Notes: generated by a model not told the origin, from the sequence alone. A stretch of 64,000 bases of DNA from Vulcanimicrobiota bacterium (GCA_963812135.1 CAWETU010000001.1:1152001-1216000); one strand, 5' to 3'. Shown: positions 21,676-32,141, counted from the first letter of the stretch. Program-made: numbers and translations.

Positions 21676-21684
21676 TGGTAAAAT
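21676..21684 (+). promoter_or_regulatory. Extended -10 (TGGTAAAAT) 6 nt before the purF ATG; probable leaderless transcript
   Basis: TG-n-TAAAAT; no clear SD sequence. Confidence 0.5.
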
Positions 21685-21690
21685 GAAGGC

Positions 21691-23154
21691 ATGAAGCGCA
21701 CCGTCCCGCCGTTCAAATCGCCTTACGACGGCTGGCAGGCGAAGGCCGGCGACGATGCCATCCGCGACGCCTGCGGCGTTTGCGGGATATTCGCACCGGG
21801 CGAGGACGTCGCCCGGTCTACGTTTTTCGCGCTCTACTCGCTGCAACATCGCGGCCAAGAAAGCGCCGGCATCGCGGTCTCCGATGGTCAGACCCTGCGC
21901 TGCCACAAAGACATGGGACTCATCTCGCAGATCTTCACCGAGGAGATGCTCGAGTCGCTGCCCGGCCATCTGTCGGTCGGGCACACGCGTTATTCCACCA
22001 CCGGCTCATCCATCGTGTACAACGCGCAGCCGCTGCTCACGCACACCGAGATCGGCCAGTTCGCGCTCGCGCACAACGGCAATCTCGTCAACACCGAAGC
22101 GCTGCGGGAGGAGCTCCAAGACACGCTCGTGCCGACCTCGAACTCGGACTCTGAAGTCATGGCGCGCCTCATCTCGTCGGCGGCCCATGGCTCCATGGAA
22201 GAGCGCATCGAAGCCGCCATGAAGCGCTGCATCGGCGCGTTCTCGATCGTGCTCGCCACCGAGACCCAGCTGTTCGGATTCCGCGATCCGTGGGGCGTTC
22301 GCCCGCTGTGCATCGGGCGCTACGGCAGCGGCTACGTGCTCGCGTCCGAGTCGTGCGCGCTGCTGACGATCGGCGCGGAGTACATACGCGAAGTCAAGCC
22401 TGGCGAGATCGCGATCATCGATAAGGATGGCCTGCGCAGCCGCATGCTCGAGACGGACATCAAGTCCGCGAACTGCATCTTCGAGTACATCTATTTCTCG
22501 CGTCCAGACAGCCAGGTCGCCGGCCGCGAGCTGTACTTGGCGCGCTATCAGATGGGGCGCAACATCGCCAAAGAAGCGCCGGTCGAAGCCGACGTCGTCA
22601 TGGGCGTGCCCGACAGCGCCACCGCCGCGGCCATCGGCTACTCCGACGAGTCCGGCATCCCGTACATCGAAGGGCTGATGAAGAACCGTTACATCGGGCG
22701 CACCTTCATCAATCCCGACCACCGCATGCGCGTGCAAGGCGTGAAGCTCAAATTCAATCCGTTGCACGCGAATCTCGCCGGCAAGCGCGTGATCCTCATC
22801 GACGACTCGATCGTGCGCGGTACCACGACCAAGCAACTCGTCGCGCTCTTGCGCAAGGCCGGCGCGAAAGAAGTGCACGTCCGCGTGACCTGTCCGCCGA
22901 TGCGCCATCCGTGCTTCCTCGGCGTGGATACCGCGACGTACGAGGAACTGATCGCCGCGAACCTGAGCGTGCCGGAGATCCAACAGGCCATCAACGCGGA
23001 TTCGCTCGCGTATCTCAGCGAGGAAGGCCTCGTCGCCTCGACGGCGCGCGAACGCAAAGAGTTCTGCATGGGGTGCTTCACCGGCCGCTATCCCGAGGGC
23101 ATCCACGAAGAGCTGACCGGCCGCGTGCGCGAGCCCGAAAAGGTCAAGGCCTGA
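21691..23154 (+). CDS. purF: Amidophosphoribosyltransferase
   Basis: ACGVCGI, LQHRGQESAG, GHTRYSTTG, HNGNL, DDSIVRGTT, Fe-S ligand CMGC. Confidence 0.96.
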   Translation: MKRTVPPFKSPYDGWQAKAGDDAIRDACGVCGIFAPGEDVARSTFFALYSLQHRGQESAGIAVSDGQTLRCHKDMGLISQIFTEEMLESLPGHLSVGHTRYSTTGSSIVYNAQPLLTHTEIGQFALAHNGNLVNTEALREELQDTLVPTSNSDSEVMARLISSAAHGSMEERIEAAMKRCIGAFSIVLATETQLFGFRDPWGVRPLCIGRYGSGYVLASESCALLTIGAEYIREVKPGEIAIIDKDGLRSRMLETDIKSANCIFEYIYFSRPDSQVAGRELYLARYQMGRNIAKEAPVEADVVMGVPDSATAAAIGYSDESGIPYIEGLMKNRYIGRTFINPDHRMRVQGVKLKFNPLHANLAGKRVILIDDSIVRGTTTKQLVALLRKAGAKEVHVRVTCPPMRHPCFLGVDTATYEELIAANLSVPEIQQAINADSLAYLSEEGLVASTARERKEFCMGCFTGRYPEGIHEELTGRVREPEKVKA

Positions 23155-23840
23155 AGCAGGGTCAGGAGGCCCAAGGCGCGGCCGCCGTAGGGCACCTTGA
23201 CGATGCTCCGCCGCGGGCATACCGGTATCTCTTCTTCGCGCTTCTTGGGTTGACGATGAGCGCCGGCCTGGAAGCCGGCAACCCATACCACCGACTGGTG
23301 ATGCTAGCGCTGTCGTTGATAGTGTTCAGCATTGCCGTGTGGGCGATGTGGTTGCGACCGATCGTGCGCTACCTCGCCCTTTTCCTCGCGGTCCTTTCGA
23401 TTGCCGCGATTGGGATCGATGCCTTTGCACCCGACCAGCCCGCGTTGCGGGCGCTGCTGACGTCCAGTTCGGCTTTTTTCGCGCTCACGATCTACCGGGT
23501 ATTGCGTCGCGTGCTCAACGTCTCAACCGTGACGCAGGAGTCGCTCTTCGGCGCCGGATCAGTCTATCTGTTGATCGGCCTGGCTTTCTCAACGATCTAT
23601 TACGTCGTCTGGAAAGCGGTGCCCACCGCATTTCTTTTCGATCCGGCGCGCACAACTGCGACGCATGGCTGGCCGGACTTCGTCTATTTCAGCTTCACGA
23701 CGCTGGCGACGGTCGGATTCGGCGACATCGTGCCGGTCATGCCGATCGTGCGGTCCCTTGTCGTATTGGAGATCATAACCGGAGTGTTCTTCGTCGCGGT
23801 GATCATCTCGAAGTTGGTAAGTCTGTATCGAATGAAGTAG
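23151..23840 (+). CDS. Potassium channel family protein (start uncertain; first ATG 23256)
   Basis: YFSFTTLATVGFGDIVP selectivity filter; several TM helices. Confidence 0.8.
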   Translation: MKQGQEAQGAAAVGHLDDAPPRAYRYLFFALLGLTMSAGLEAGNPYHRLVMLALSLIVFSIAVWAMWLRPIVRYLALFLAVLSIAAIGIDAFAPDQPALRALLTSSSAFFALTIYRVLRRVLNVSTVTQESLFGAGSVYLLIGLAFSTIYYVVWKAVPTAFLFDPARTTATHGWPDFVYFSFTTLATVGFGDIVPVMPIVRSLVVLEIITGVFFVAVIISKLVSLYRMK

Positions 23841-23851
23841 GCGAAAAAATA

Positions 23852-26800
23852 TCACCCGCGCGGCGGCGGGCCCTGGCCCTGGTCTTGTGGTCGCACCAAG
23901 TACAACCCGAGCGATGGGCTGTAGTTCAATGATGGGGGCCGTGCGAAATCCAGTTTCTTCGCTTTGATCTCATCGGGCGTACCGGTCGACACGTGACCGC
24001 AGTTCAACACCGCGGGGAAGCGTGAGATGTCGGCGAGTTGCAGCTCGACCCAATAGGTGCCACCGCTCTTGTGCGGCGTCGCGGTCCAACCGTCTGGCGC
24101 TGCGGCCGGCGGACTGTTCGGATCGAAGCTGGCGAAGTACGTCTGCAACGCGCTGAGCAAGGCGACGGCCGTCGGCTTGACCTCGTCGGTGCACGCGGTG
24201 CCGCCCGAAAGCGCGAACGGCTGGGCGGGCGGCGCCGTCGGCAGCTTGTACAGACGGAAATTCTCGCGTCCTGCCACTTGCGGCTGGCGCACGAGATACA
24301 AGCCCGCCTCAGGCGCATACGCGAGTGGGAATCGGTTGAAAGCGCTCGTCGGCGGGATATACAGGTTCAGCGATTTGGCGTCGTCTGCTGAGCCGATGTG
24401 GATCGGCGCGCATGAGACGAAGGCGCGGATCGAACCGGCTTTTGTCTGCGTGAACGTGAGCGCGTACGAGGCCGCCGTCTTGTGATACGCGACGTTGATA
24501 CCGTCGATCGCCGGCGCGCCCGCGGGCGCAGCGTCCGGGTAGCCGCTCGCGGTCTTGGCCGCCTCGACTGCAGCGACGTACGCCTTGATCTGGTCGAGCA
24601 CCGGTTTCACGCTCTTGGCGTTGTCGGAGGTGCAGGACTGGCGCGTCGTGTCGGGATCGAGCGGGTTCGCGGGCGATGCGTTGGAGAGCGCCGGCAACGA
24701 GGCGAGGAATCCGCCCGCGCCTCCCGGTCCCTGACCGCCGCCACGCGGACCGCCGCCGCCCGGACCCTGGCTAGTCTGCGCTAGCAACGTCGGCGTCAGA
24801 TTGCTTTGCGGCACGTTGCCGAGCTTTACTGTGTAGGTCACCGAGAGCTGGCGCGGTGAGAGCGGGCGCGCGACCGTCGGCACGAGCGAGCCGCCCGCAG
24901 TCTCCAACGGCACCGAGTTCGCAGGCGAGGCGAAGTCGTAGCCATATTTATTGAAGATGTTCGTCATGGCGACCGTGACCGTGCCCTTGGTCATGGTCAT
25001 CGCCACGCCCGCATCCGCGGTGACATAGCCCGGCAGATTGTTGGCGTTGTTGGCCGAGACAAAATTGCCGTTGAGCAGACCTTCGACCGCGGAGTGCGGC
25101 GCCTTGTAGTCCAGCGTCAATCCGCCGCGGTGCATCGGGATGTTCGGGACCTGGACGCCCGAGATGACGAGCGAATACGGATTGTCGATGCGCGGATCGG
25201 TCGAGTTCGCAATGGTCTCTGTGATGTTGTAGTATGGCTCGGCGACCAGGTTCTGGCCGATTCGAAAACCGCCCGTGAACTGTGCGCCTTGATAGACTCG
25301 CCGGACGTTCGCCACTGGCTGGGTGATATAGAGGTTGGTAGGCCCGAACGGCAACGCGACGCCGCAACCCGAAGTCGATTGGTAGATCGCTTGCGCGAGC
25401 GGGAAATAGCCCGGCGGGAAGTAGGCGGGCGGTAGCACCGACCCATTGACGAGCGTGTTCAAAAGGACGTCGTTTTGCAGTTGCTGATACAGCGTGATCG
25501 ACAGCTGGCCCGTCTTGATACGCCGCTGGTATGTCAGGCGATACGACGTCGAGCTGGTGGGTCCGGGTTGATCGCCTGGCCCTGCGCCGTAGCCGGCGCC
25601 GGCGTTGCAATCGAAGCGCAGCGAGGCGGGGTCAGTCAGCGGCACCGCGCGGGATAGGCCAGCGCCGGCGCCGCCTATGTCGACCGAACCGACGTATGTG
25701 TCGTACGATGTCGGCGTCCATGTCGCGCTGGCACCGCCGATGATCGAGTTCGAAGTCTGCGGCGAGAAGCTCATGCCCAATCGCGCGCCGAGCGTGAGCT
25801 TCGGGCTCGAATTGATCTTATCGCTCAGCTGCACGGTGCTGTAGTCGGAGAAGCTCGACGCGTTCGAAAACGGCGACGACGATGAGAGGACGCCGGCTGT
25901 GTCGATGGACGCGTGGGTCGTCGTCGCTTGGATCGACAGCGTGTGGCGCTCTCGCGACGGCAGCATGGCGTTGAGCGATGCACCGCGCGAGCGGCTATCC
26001 GTCACCGTGCCGAACGGCGCGGGGATGCCTGCGACAAATCGGTTCAACAGATCGCGGTTATACGTCGAATCGGTTCCGAACAGAGAGAACTGCAAACCGA
26101 CCGAGCCGAGCAGCGCGGTGTCGGTGAGGGTTGCCAGCGTCAAGTGCCGGTCGCTGAAGTTGCCTGGACCATAGCCGCACGGCACGGGCCCGGTGAAACG
26201 AGTGCACAACAGGTCGTCGTATCCGTTGGTGCTCACATACGTCGCGGAGATCGTCTGCGCGGCACCGAGCGGCGCGCGCAGCTTGAGCAGTGTGCCGCCG
26301 GTTTGCGAAGCACCGTTGTGGAGATAGTCCAGACCGCTCGCGTCCAAATACGTCTGGTCGTTGAGCGGACTGTACGCGCCGCGCGACGCTTGCGTCAAAG
26401 CGACGCCGACCCTGCCCGCCGTTCCCGAGAGCGAAAAGATGCCCGCGAGGTTGCCGTACGTGCCGACCGACGTCGTCAGCTTGCCCTGCCAGGTCAGCGT
26501 CGGCTCAACCGAGCGGAACCCGACGCTGCCGCCGAGCGACCCGGCGCTTGGGCCGAAGTTGACGCTCGCGCTGCTGAACAGATCCGTATTGATGGAACGC
26601 AGATCGCCCGCGACGCCGGGCGCGTTGAGCGGCACGCCGTCCAGCGTCAGCCCGGTCTGCGACGGATCGTGCCCTTCCAACGACACCGTCACCTGTGCGT
26701 CGGACGAGCCGTTCGGGTCGGAGCTGATCGTGACGCCGGAGAGTTTGCCGAGCGCGTCCGTCAGCGTGTCGGAGAGCTTGCGCACGGCGCTGTTCTCGTT

Positions 26801-27214
26801 CACGGTGTTGGAGCTGACGACCGCGGTAGAGCGCACCGTGACCGTGCCGAGCGACCGGACCGCGGGTTTGACGAGCGCCACCGACACGGTGACACCGCCG
26901 CCCTCGAGCACTTCGAATTGCGCCGACGTGACCGGATTATAGCCGCTCTTCACCACGCGCGCGCGATAAATGCCGCTCGGCACGTCCGTGAACACGACTT
27001 TGCCGTCCGGCGACGACAGTTCGCTTGTGATGACCGGGCCGTCAAGGAGCACGCGCGCAAGGCCGAGCGGCGTCTGCGTGGCATTGTCGACGACGGTGAT
27101 CGTGATGGTGCCGGTCTGGTCAGCCGCGGCTGGCGCGCACGCGCCCATATAGATGAAGGACGCGAGCACGGCGGCAACGACGCCAAGAGAGGATCGGGGG
27201 ACGCGCGGACCCAT
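23852..27214 (-). CDS. TonB-dependent receptor-like outer membrane protein with N-terminal carboxypeptidase-regulatory-like domain and C-terminal duplicated domain
   Basis: Signal peptide; GKVVFTDVPSGIY; plug motif LGKLSGV...LTLDGVPLN; MTNIFNK...PRQLSVTYTVKL barrel end. Confidence 0.8.
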   Translation of the reverse strand: MGPRVPRSSLGVVAAVLASFIYMGACAPAAADQTGTITITVVDNATQTPLGLARVLLDGPVITSELSSPDGKVVFTDVPSGIYRARVVKSGYNPVTSAQFEVLEGGGVTVSVALVKPAVRSLGTVTVRSTAVVSSNTVNENSAVRKLSDTLTDALGKLSGVTISSDPNGSSDAQVTVSLEGHDPSQTGLTLDGVPLNAPGVAGDLRSINTDLFSSASVNFGPSAGSLGGSVGFRSVEPTLTWQGKLTTSVGTYGNLAGIFSLSGTAGRVGVALTQASRGAYSPLNDQTYLDASGLDYLHNGASQTGGTLLKLRAPLGAAQTISATYVSTNGYDDLLCTRFTGPVPCGYGPGNFSDRHLTLATLTDTALLGSVGLQFSLFGTDSTYNRDLLNRFVAGIPAPFGTVTDSRSRGASLNAMLPSRERHTLSIQATTTHASIDTAGVLSSSSPFSNASSFSDYSTVQLSDKINSSPKLTLGARLGMSFSPQTSNSIIGGASATWTPTSYDTYVGSVDIGGAGAGLSRAVPLTDPASLRFDCNAGAGYGAGPGDQPGPTSSTSYRLTYQRRIKTGQLSITLYQQLQNDVLLNTLVNGSVLPPAYFPPGYFPLAQAIYQSTSGCGVALPFGPTNLYITQPVANVRRVYQGAQFTGGFRIGQNLVAEPYYNITETIANSTDPRIDNPYSLVISGVQVPNIPMHRGGLTLDYKAPHSAVEGLLNGNFVSANNANNLPGYVTADAGVAMTMTKGTVTVAMTNIFNKYGYDFASPANSVPLETAGGSLVPTVARPLSPRQLSVTYTVKLGNVPQSNLTPTLLAQTSQGPGGGGPRGGGQGPGGAGGFLASLPALSNASPANPLDPDTTRQSCTSDNAKSVKPVLDQIKAYVAAVEAAKTASGYPDAAPAGAPAIDGINVAYHKTAASYALTFTQTKAGSIRAFVSCAPIHIGSADDAKSLNLYIPPTSAFNRFPLAYAPEAGLYLVRQPQVAGRENFRLYKLPTAPPAQPFALSGGTACTDEVKPTAVALLSALQTYFASFDPNSPPAAAPDGWTATPHKSGGTYWVELQLADISRFPAVLNCGHVSTGTPDEIKAKKLDFARPPSLNYSPSLGLYLVRPQDQGQGPPPRG

Positions 27215-27287
27215 GCCCCGGATTTTACCCTACGATGCTGAGCGCATCTTGAGCTTCCGGGCGAAACTCGGGCGTTCTACAGCTGTT

Positions 27288-28907
27288 CTAATGGGCGCGT
27301 TTGCGGGTGCGGACCCGGCCGCTTGATTGCCCGTTGCCGCGATGGGACACCGACTTGCTCGCTGCGCCGTCCAAGAGACGGCGGTGCGCCGCTTCGTCCG
27401 CGCGACCGTGCACCGCGTGCTCGCTGAGCAGTTCAGCCAGCCGCACGAGCGGACGCAACGCGACCGCGCTTGGGCCCTTGACGAGCGGGCCTGAATCTCG
27501 CTCAGCCCACGACGTGCCCGCGATATCGAGATGGATCCACGGCGTATGGTCGACGAACTCCTTGAGGAACATCGCGCCGTAGATCGTGCCGGCCGGCCGC
27601 CCGCCGCTGTTCTTCATGTCGGCGATCGGGCTCTTGATGAGATCCGCGTACTCGGGGAAGAGCGGCAGTTCCCAGTAGCGCTCGCCATACGGCTCGGTCG
27701 CGCGGTGGAACAGATCCACGAGCTCGCGATCGTTGCTCATGACGCCCGTCGAGGTGTGGCCCAACGCCGTCACGACTGCACCCGTGAGCGTCGCGATGTC
27801 GACGAGATGGGTCGCGCCAAGCTTGCGCGCGTACACCAGTCCGTCGGCGAGCACGAGGCGGCCTTCCGCGTCCGTGTTGATGACCTCGATCGTCTTGCCG
27901 TTCATCGCGCGCACGACGTCGCCGGGTTTGGTCGCTTTGCCTGAGGGCATGTTCTCGGTCGCAACCACGATGCCGACGACGTTGATCTTGGGTTTCAACC
28001 GCGCGATGGCGTCAAGCGTCGCGATGACGGTTGCGCCGCCGGCCATGTCGCCCTTCATGGCATCCATGTCGAGCGCAGGTTTGAGCGAAATGCCGCCGGT
28101 GTCGAACGTGATGCCCTTACCGACCAGGCCAAGCTTGGTCCTCGAATCCTTGTCGCCGATGTACTCGAGCGCGATGATCTTGGGCGGCTCATCGCTGCCC
28201 GCCGCCACCGAGAGGAACGAACCCATCCCGAGTTTCTTCATCGCCGGCGTGTCGAGCACGGTGACTTTGAGGCCGTCTCGTTTGGCGAGGTCCTTTGAGA
28301 TCGCGGCAAGATGCGACGGCGTCATGTCGTTGGCCGGCGTGTTGACCATCACGCGTGCCGCGTTGGCGGCCTCGCCGAGGATAACGCCGCGCGCGATGCC
28401 TTTTTTAATCGCGGCATCCGCAGCACCGCTCGGCACGATCAGCGTCACCGTCGACACCTCGTGGCGCGGCGTCTCGTCCTTGGTCCGATACGACGCCGGA
28501 TTGAAGGTCGCCATCAGGGCGCCTTCGGCGAACAGCTCACCGATCTGCGCGGGATCAACGCCCTTGAGGTCGGGCAGGACGAACGCGAGCGACTTGAAAC
28601 CGCGGCGCTGCGCCGCGCGGACCGCGGTGCCGGCGAAGCGTGCCATCGCTGCGGCCCTACGATTGGACGCGGGTCCGAGGCCGATGACCAGCACGCGCTT
28701 TGCCTTCAGCTTGGGCGACGGCAACACGTGCAGTTCGTCTTCGCGCCCGCGGATCTCACCGCCGCGGTACATGTCTCTGATGACGTGGCCCAGCGGCTTG
28801 TCGAGGGCCTTGACGGTGTCGGGAACCTCGCCGTCCGAGAACACTGGGATGGCGATCGCATCGGCGGCGACGCGCAGCGGGCTCTCCGCGCGAACTTGGA
28901 TCTTCAT
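27288..28907 (-). CDS. pepA: Leucyl aminopeptidase (M17)
   Basis: VGKGITFDTGG, MKGDMAG, NTDAEGRLVLAD, DIATLTGA, WIHLDIAG. Confidence 0.95.
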   Translation of the reverse strand: MKIQVRAESPLRVAADAIAIPVFSDGEVPDTVKALDKPLGHVIRDMYRGGEIRGREDELHVLPSPKLKAKRVLVIGLGPASNRRAAAMARFAGTAVRAAQRRGFKSLAFVLPDLKGVDPAQIGELFAEGALMATFNPASYRTKDETPRHEVSTVTLIVPSGAADAAIKKGIARGVILGEAANAARVMVNTPANDMTPSHLAAISKDLAKRDGLKVTVLDTPAMKKLGMGSFLSVAAGSDEPPKIIALEYIGDKDSRTKLGLVGKGITFDTGGISLKPALDMDAMKGDMAGGATVIATLDAIARLKPKINVVGIVVATENMPSGKATKPGDVVRAMNGKTIEVINTDAEGRLVLADGLVYARKLGATHLVDIATLTGAVVTALGHTSTGVMSNDRELVDLFHRATEPYGERYWELPLFPEYADLIKSPIADMKNSGGRPAGTIYGAMFLKEFVDHTPWIHLDIAGTSWAERDSGPLVKGPSAVALRPLVRLAELLSEHAVHGRADEAAHRRLLDGAASKSVSHRGNGQSSGRVRTRKRAH

Positions 28908-29047
28908 CTGGAAAGCATGGCCTTTCAATGAAAAAGACGCGACAAATCGGTGTGGGGCGCCGTGAGCAGTCGCGTTTCGCCGCACCCAACGCGCGAACCT
29001 GGAAGAAGCGCGTAGGGGGCGGCACGGCCGGAGCGAAACGAAGCTGC

Positions 29048-30055
29048 GTGACTGACGCGTACGCAAAAGCCGGTGTGAACATCGATGCCGGCAATGACGC
29101 CGTCGCGCGCTACAGGGAAGTCCTTCCTAAACAGCGCGATCCGCGCGTCCTCGAAGGCATCGGCGGATTCGGCGGCTGCTTCGCGCTGACGGGCTTCGCG
29201 GATCCAGTCCTGGTGGCTTCGACGGACGGCGTCGGCACGAAATTGCTGGTGGCGGCCGAGTTGCGGCGCTACGACACCATCGGCCGCGATCTTGTCAACC
29301 ACTGCATCAACGATATCTTGTGCCTCAACGCGGGTCCGCTGTTCTTCTTGGACTATCTCGCGGTCGGCCGGCTCGATCCGGTAATGGCGGCGGCCATCGT
29401 CGGCGGGATCGGCGCTGCGTGCGCGGACAACGGGATGGCATTGCTCGGCGGTGAGACGGCTGAGATGCCCGGGCTCTATCAACCAACACATTTCGACCTT
29501 GCCGGCACGATCGTCGGCGGCGTCGAGCGGGCGCAGTTGATCGACGTGGCGCGCGTCGCGATCGGCGATGTCGTCATCGGTCTGCTCGCCAACGGCTTTC
29601 ACACGAACGGCTACTCGCTCGTGCGGCATACGCTGCCCTCGTCGCGCTGGAGCGAGCGCCTTGATGGCGGCTCGATCGCCGACGCGCTGCTCGCGGTGCA
29701 TCCTTCCTATCTGGCAGTGATCAGAGGCGCGCAGTCGGCGGGCGTCGACATCAAAGCGATGGCGCACATCACCGGCGGCGGTCTGATCGACAACCTGCCG
29801 CGGGCGCTCCCGGCAGGTGTTGCCGCACGCCTCCATCCGCAGCGTTGGCGTGTGCCGCCGATCATGGAGCTCGTCGTGCGCGAAGCGAAGCTCGAGCGAA
29901 AGGTCGCATTCCGCACGTTCAACATGGGCATCGGCTTTTGCGCGATCGTGCCGGCTGGCCAGCTCGAGAAGGCGCTCGCCGCGATGCCGGGATCGGTTGC
30001 GATCGGCGACGTCGTCGCGCACGAGGCTGACGCGCCGCGCGTGGTCATCGCGTGA
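29048..30055 (+). CDS. purM: AIR synthase
   Basis: YAKAGVNIDAG, STDGVGTK, FFLDY, GGETAEMPG, HITGGG, TFNMGIG. Confidence 0.96.
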   Translation: MTDAYAKAGVNIDAGNDAVARYREVLPKQRDPRVLEGIGGFGGCFALTGFADPVLVASTDGVGTKLLVAAELRRYDTIGRDLVNHCINDILCLNAGPLFFLDYLAVGRLDPVMAAAIVGGIGAACADNGMALLGGETAEMPGLYQPTHFDLAGTIVGGVERAQLIDVARVAIGDVVIGLLANGFHTNGYSLVRHTLPSSRWSERLDGGSIADALLAVHPSYLAVIRGAQSAGVDIKAMAHITGGGLIDNLPRALPAGVAARLHPQRWRVPPIMELVVREAKLERKVAFRTFNMGIGFCAIVPAGQLEKALAAMPGSVAIGDVVAHEADAPRVVIA

Positions 30056-30714
30056 CCGCTGCGGGCGGAGCCGCTGCGAAATATCCGACCGCGATCCTCG
30101 CTTCAGGCAGCGGCACCAATCTGCAGGCCGTGATTGATCAGGCAGATGCGGGCACGCTGCCGCTCGACATACGTCTGGTGGTGTCAAACCGGTCCGACGC
30201 GTACGCGCTCGAGCGCGCGCGTACGGCGGATATCGCGACGCTGGTGATGACGTTCTCGCCCGGATTCGAGTCGCGCGCCCGCTACTCGCGCGAGCTCGCC
30301 GCCGCGCTGAAAGCGAGCGGAGCACAACTCGTGTTGCTGCTCGGCTGGATGCTCGTGTTGACGCCAGAGTTCTTAGAGGCGGGTTTTGCCGGCGTGCTCA
30401 ACTTGCATCCATCGTTTCTCCCCGACGATCCGTCTGCCGACCAAGTGACATTGCCGGACGGCAGCTCGTCGCGCGTCTTCCGCGGTGCGCACGCGCTGCG
30501 CGACGCCATCGAAGCGGATGTCCGCACGACCGGCGCCACGCTGATCGAGATCACGCCCGCGGTGGACCGGGGTCCGGTGTTGGCGCGCCGCACCTTCGAC
30601 CTGCGCCCCGGTGACACGGTGGCGTCGGCGTTGGAGCGCCTGCATCTCGTAGAACAGGAAGTCGTGCGCGACGGCGTCTTGGCCTGGCTCGCAAGCAACG
30701 TAGCATCCAGATGA
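30052..30714 (+). CDS. purN: Phosphoribosylglycinamide formyltransferase
   Basis: ASGSGTNLQA, LNLHPSFLP, VDRGPV. Confidence 0.9.
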   Translation: MTAAGGAAAKYPTAILASGSGTNLQAVIDQADAGTLPLDIRLVVSNRSDAYALERARTADIATLVMTFSPGFESRARYSRELAAALKASGAQLVLLLGWMLVLTPEFLEAGFAGVLNLHPSFLPDDPSADQVTLPDGSSSRVFRGAHALRDAIEADVRTTGATLIEITPAVDRGPVLARRTFDLRPGDTVASALERLHLVEQEVVRDGVLAWLASNVASR

Positions 30715-32138
30715 TCGACCGCATCCGGCGCACGAAGATCGTCGCGACGCTCGGCCCGAGCTGCCGGGCGCCGGGCGTGCTCGATCAGCTCGTCGCTGCG
30801 GGCGTCGACGTCTTCCGGGTCAACCTTTCGCATGCGACGCTCGCAGAACTGGACGAGTGGGTCCGCCTCGTGCGCGCGTCCGCCACGGCGCACGACCGCA
30901 CCATCGGCGTGCTGGCGGACCTGCAAGGTCCGAAGCTTCGCATCGGAGGTCTGGCCGGACACCAGCCGGTAACGCTTGCCACCGGCAGCGTCGTCGAGAT
31001 CACGACGCGCGACGTCGAGGGGACGAGCGAGCGACTCTCCACGCGTTATGCGGCGCTCCCGAGAGACGTGAATCCGGGCGACCGCATCTTGCTCGCCGAC
31101 GGCACGGTGGAGCTGCGGGTCGAGGCGATCGACGGCGACAGCGTACGCTGCGTGGTCGTGCACGGCGGCACGATCAAGGAACACGCGGGCATGAACCTAC
31201 CCGGCGTCGCCGTGTCGTCGCCGGCGCTCACGGAGAAAGACCGAGTCGACCTCGAGCACGCGGTGCGTGCCGGCGTCGACTTCATCGCGCTCTCGTTCGT
31301 GCGCAAGCCAAACGATATCGTCGAAGCCAAGACCGCGGTCGCAGCGGCAGGCGGCGACACGCCGGTGATCGCCAAGATCGAACGCCCCGAAGCGATCGAC
31401 CAGCTCGATGACATCATCAATGCGTCGGACGCGGTCATGGTCGCGCGCGGCGACCTCGGCGTCGAGATGTTGCCCGAGCGCGTGCCGATGCTGCAGAAGC
31501 TCATCATCAAACGCGCCGGCGCGCTGCTCAAACCGGTCATCACCGCGACCCAGATGCTCGAGTCGATGGTGCACTCGACGCGCCCGACGCGCGCCGAGGC
31601 ATCCGACGTCGCCAACGCGATCATCGACGGCACCGACGCGACCATGTTGTCGGAAGAGACCGCCGCCGGCGAATACCCGCTCGAAGCGGTCGAGACGATG
31701 GTGCGCATCGCCCTCGAGACGGAGGAGTTCTTCCCGCCGCGCGTGCGGCGCAGCCTGCGCGTGGACAGCGACTCACACGCCATCTCGCATGCCGCCTGCA
31801 GCATCACCGAGAGCATCGACGTGCGCTGCATCGCCGCGTTCACGAGTTCAGGTTTTTCCGCGCGCATCGTCAGCAAAGACCGGCCCAGGGTCCCGATCTA
31901 CGCCTTCGCGCCGAACGAGACGATCGGTAGGCGGCTGTGCCTGGATTGGGGCGTCATCCCATGTCTCGCGACGTTTCGCGGTACGACCGAAAAGCTGATC
32001 TCGACCGTTGAGGCCGCGCTGTTAAGCCGCGGAGCTGTTACTTTGGGCGAGGCGGTCGTGATCGTCGGCGGCACGCCGATGGGCGTGCGAGGGAAGACGA
32101 ATTTCCTCAAGATCGTAAGGCCGGGGACCACCGCCTAA
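30711..32138 (+). CDS. pyk: Pyruvate kinase
   Basis: RTKIVATLGP, DLQGPKLR, IAKIE, MVARGDLG, TATQMLESM. Confidence 0.96.
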   Translation: MIDRIRRTKIVATLGPSCRAPGVLDQLVAAGVDVFRVNLSHATLAELDEWVRLVRASATAHDRTIGVLADLQGPKLRIGGLAGHQPVTLATGSVVEITTRDVEGTSERLSTRYAALPRDVNPGDRILLADGTVELRVEAIDGDSVRCVVVHGGTIKEHAGMNLPGVAVSSPALTEKDRVDLEHAVRAGVDFIALSFVRKPNDIVEAKTAVAAAGGDTPVIAKIERPEAIDQLDDIINASDAVMVARGDLGVEMLPERVPMLQKLIIKRAGALLKPVITATQMLESMVHSTRPTRAEASDVANAIIDGTDATMLSEETAAGEYPLEAVETMVRIALETEEFFPPRVRRSLRVDSDSHAISHAACSITESIDVRCIAAFTSSGFSARIVSKDRPRVPIYAFAPNETIGRRLCLDWGVIPCLATFRGTTEKLISTVEAALLSRGAVTLGEAVVIVGGTPMGVRGKTNFLKIVRPGTTA

Positions 32139-32141
32139 GCG

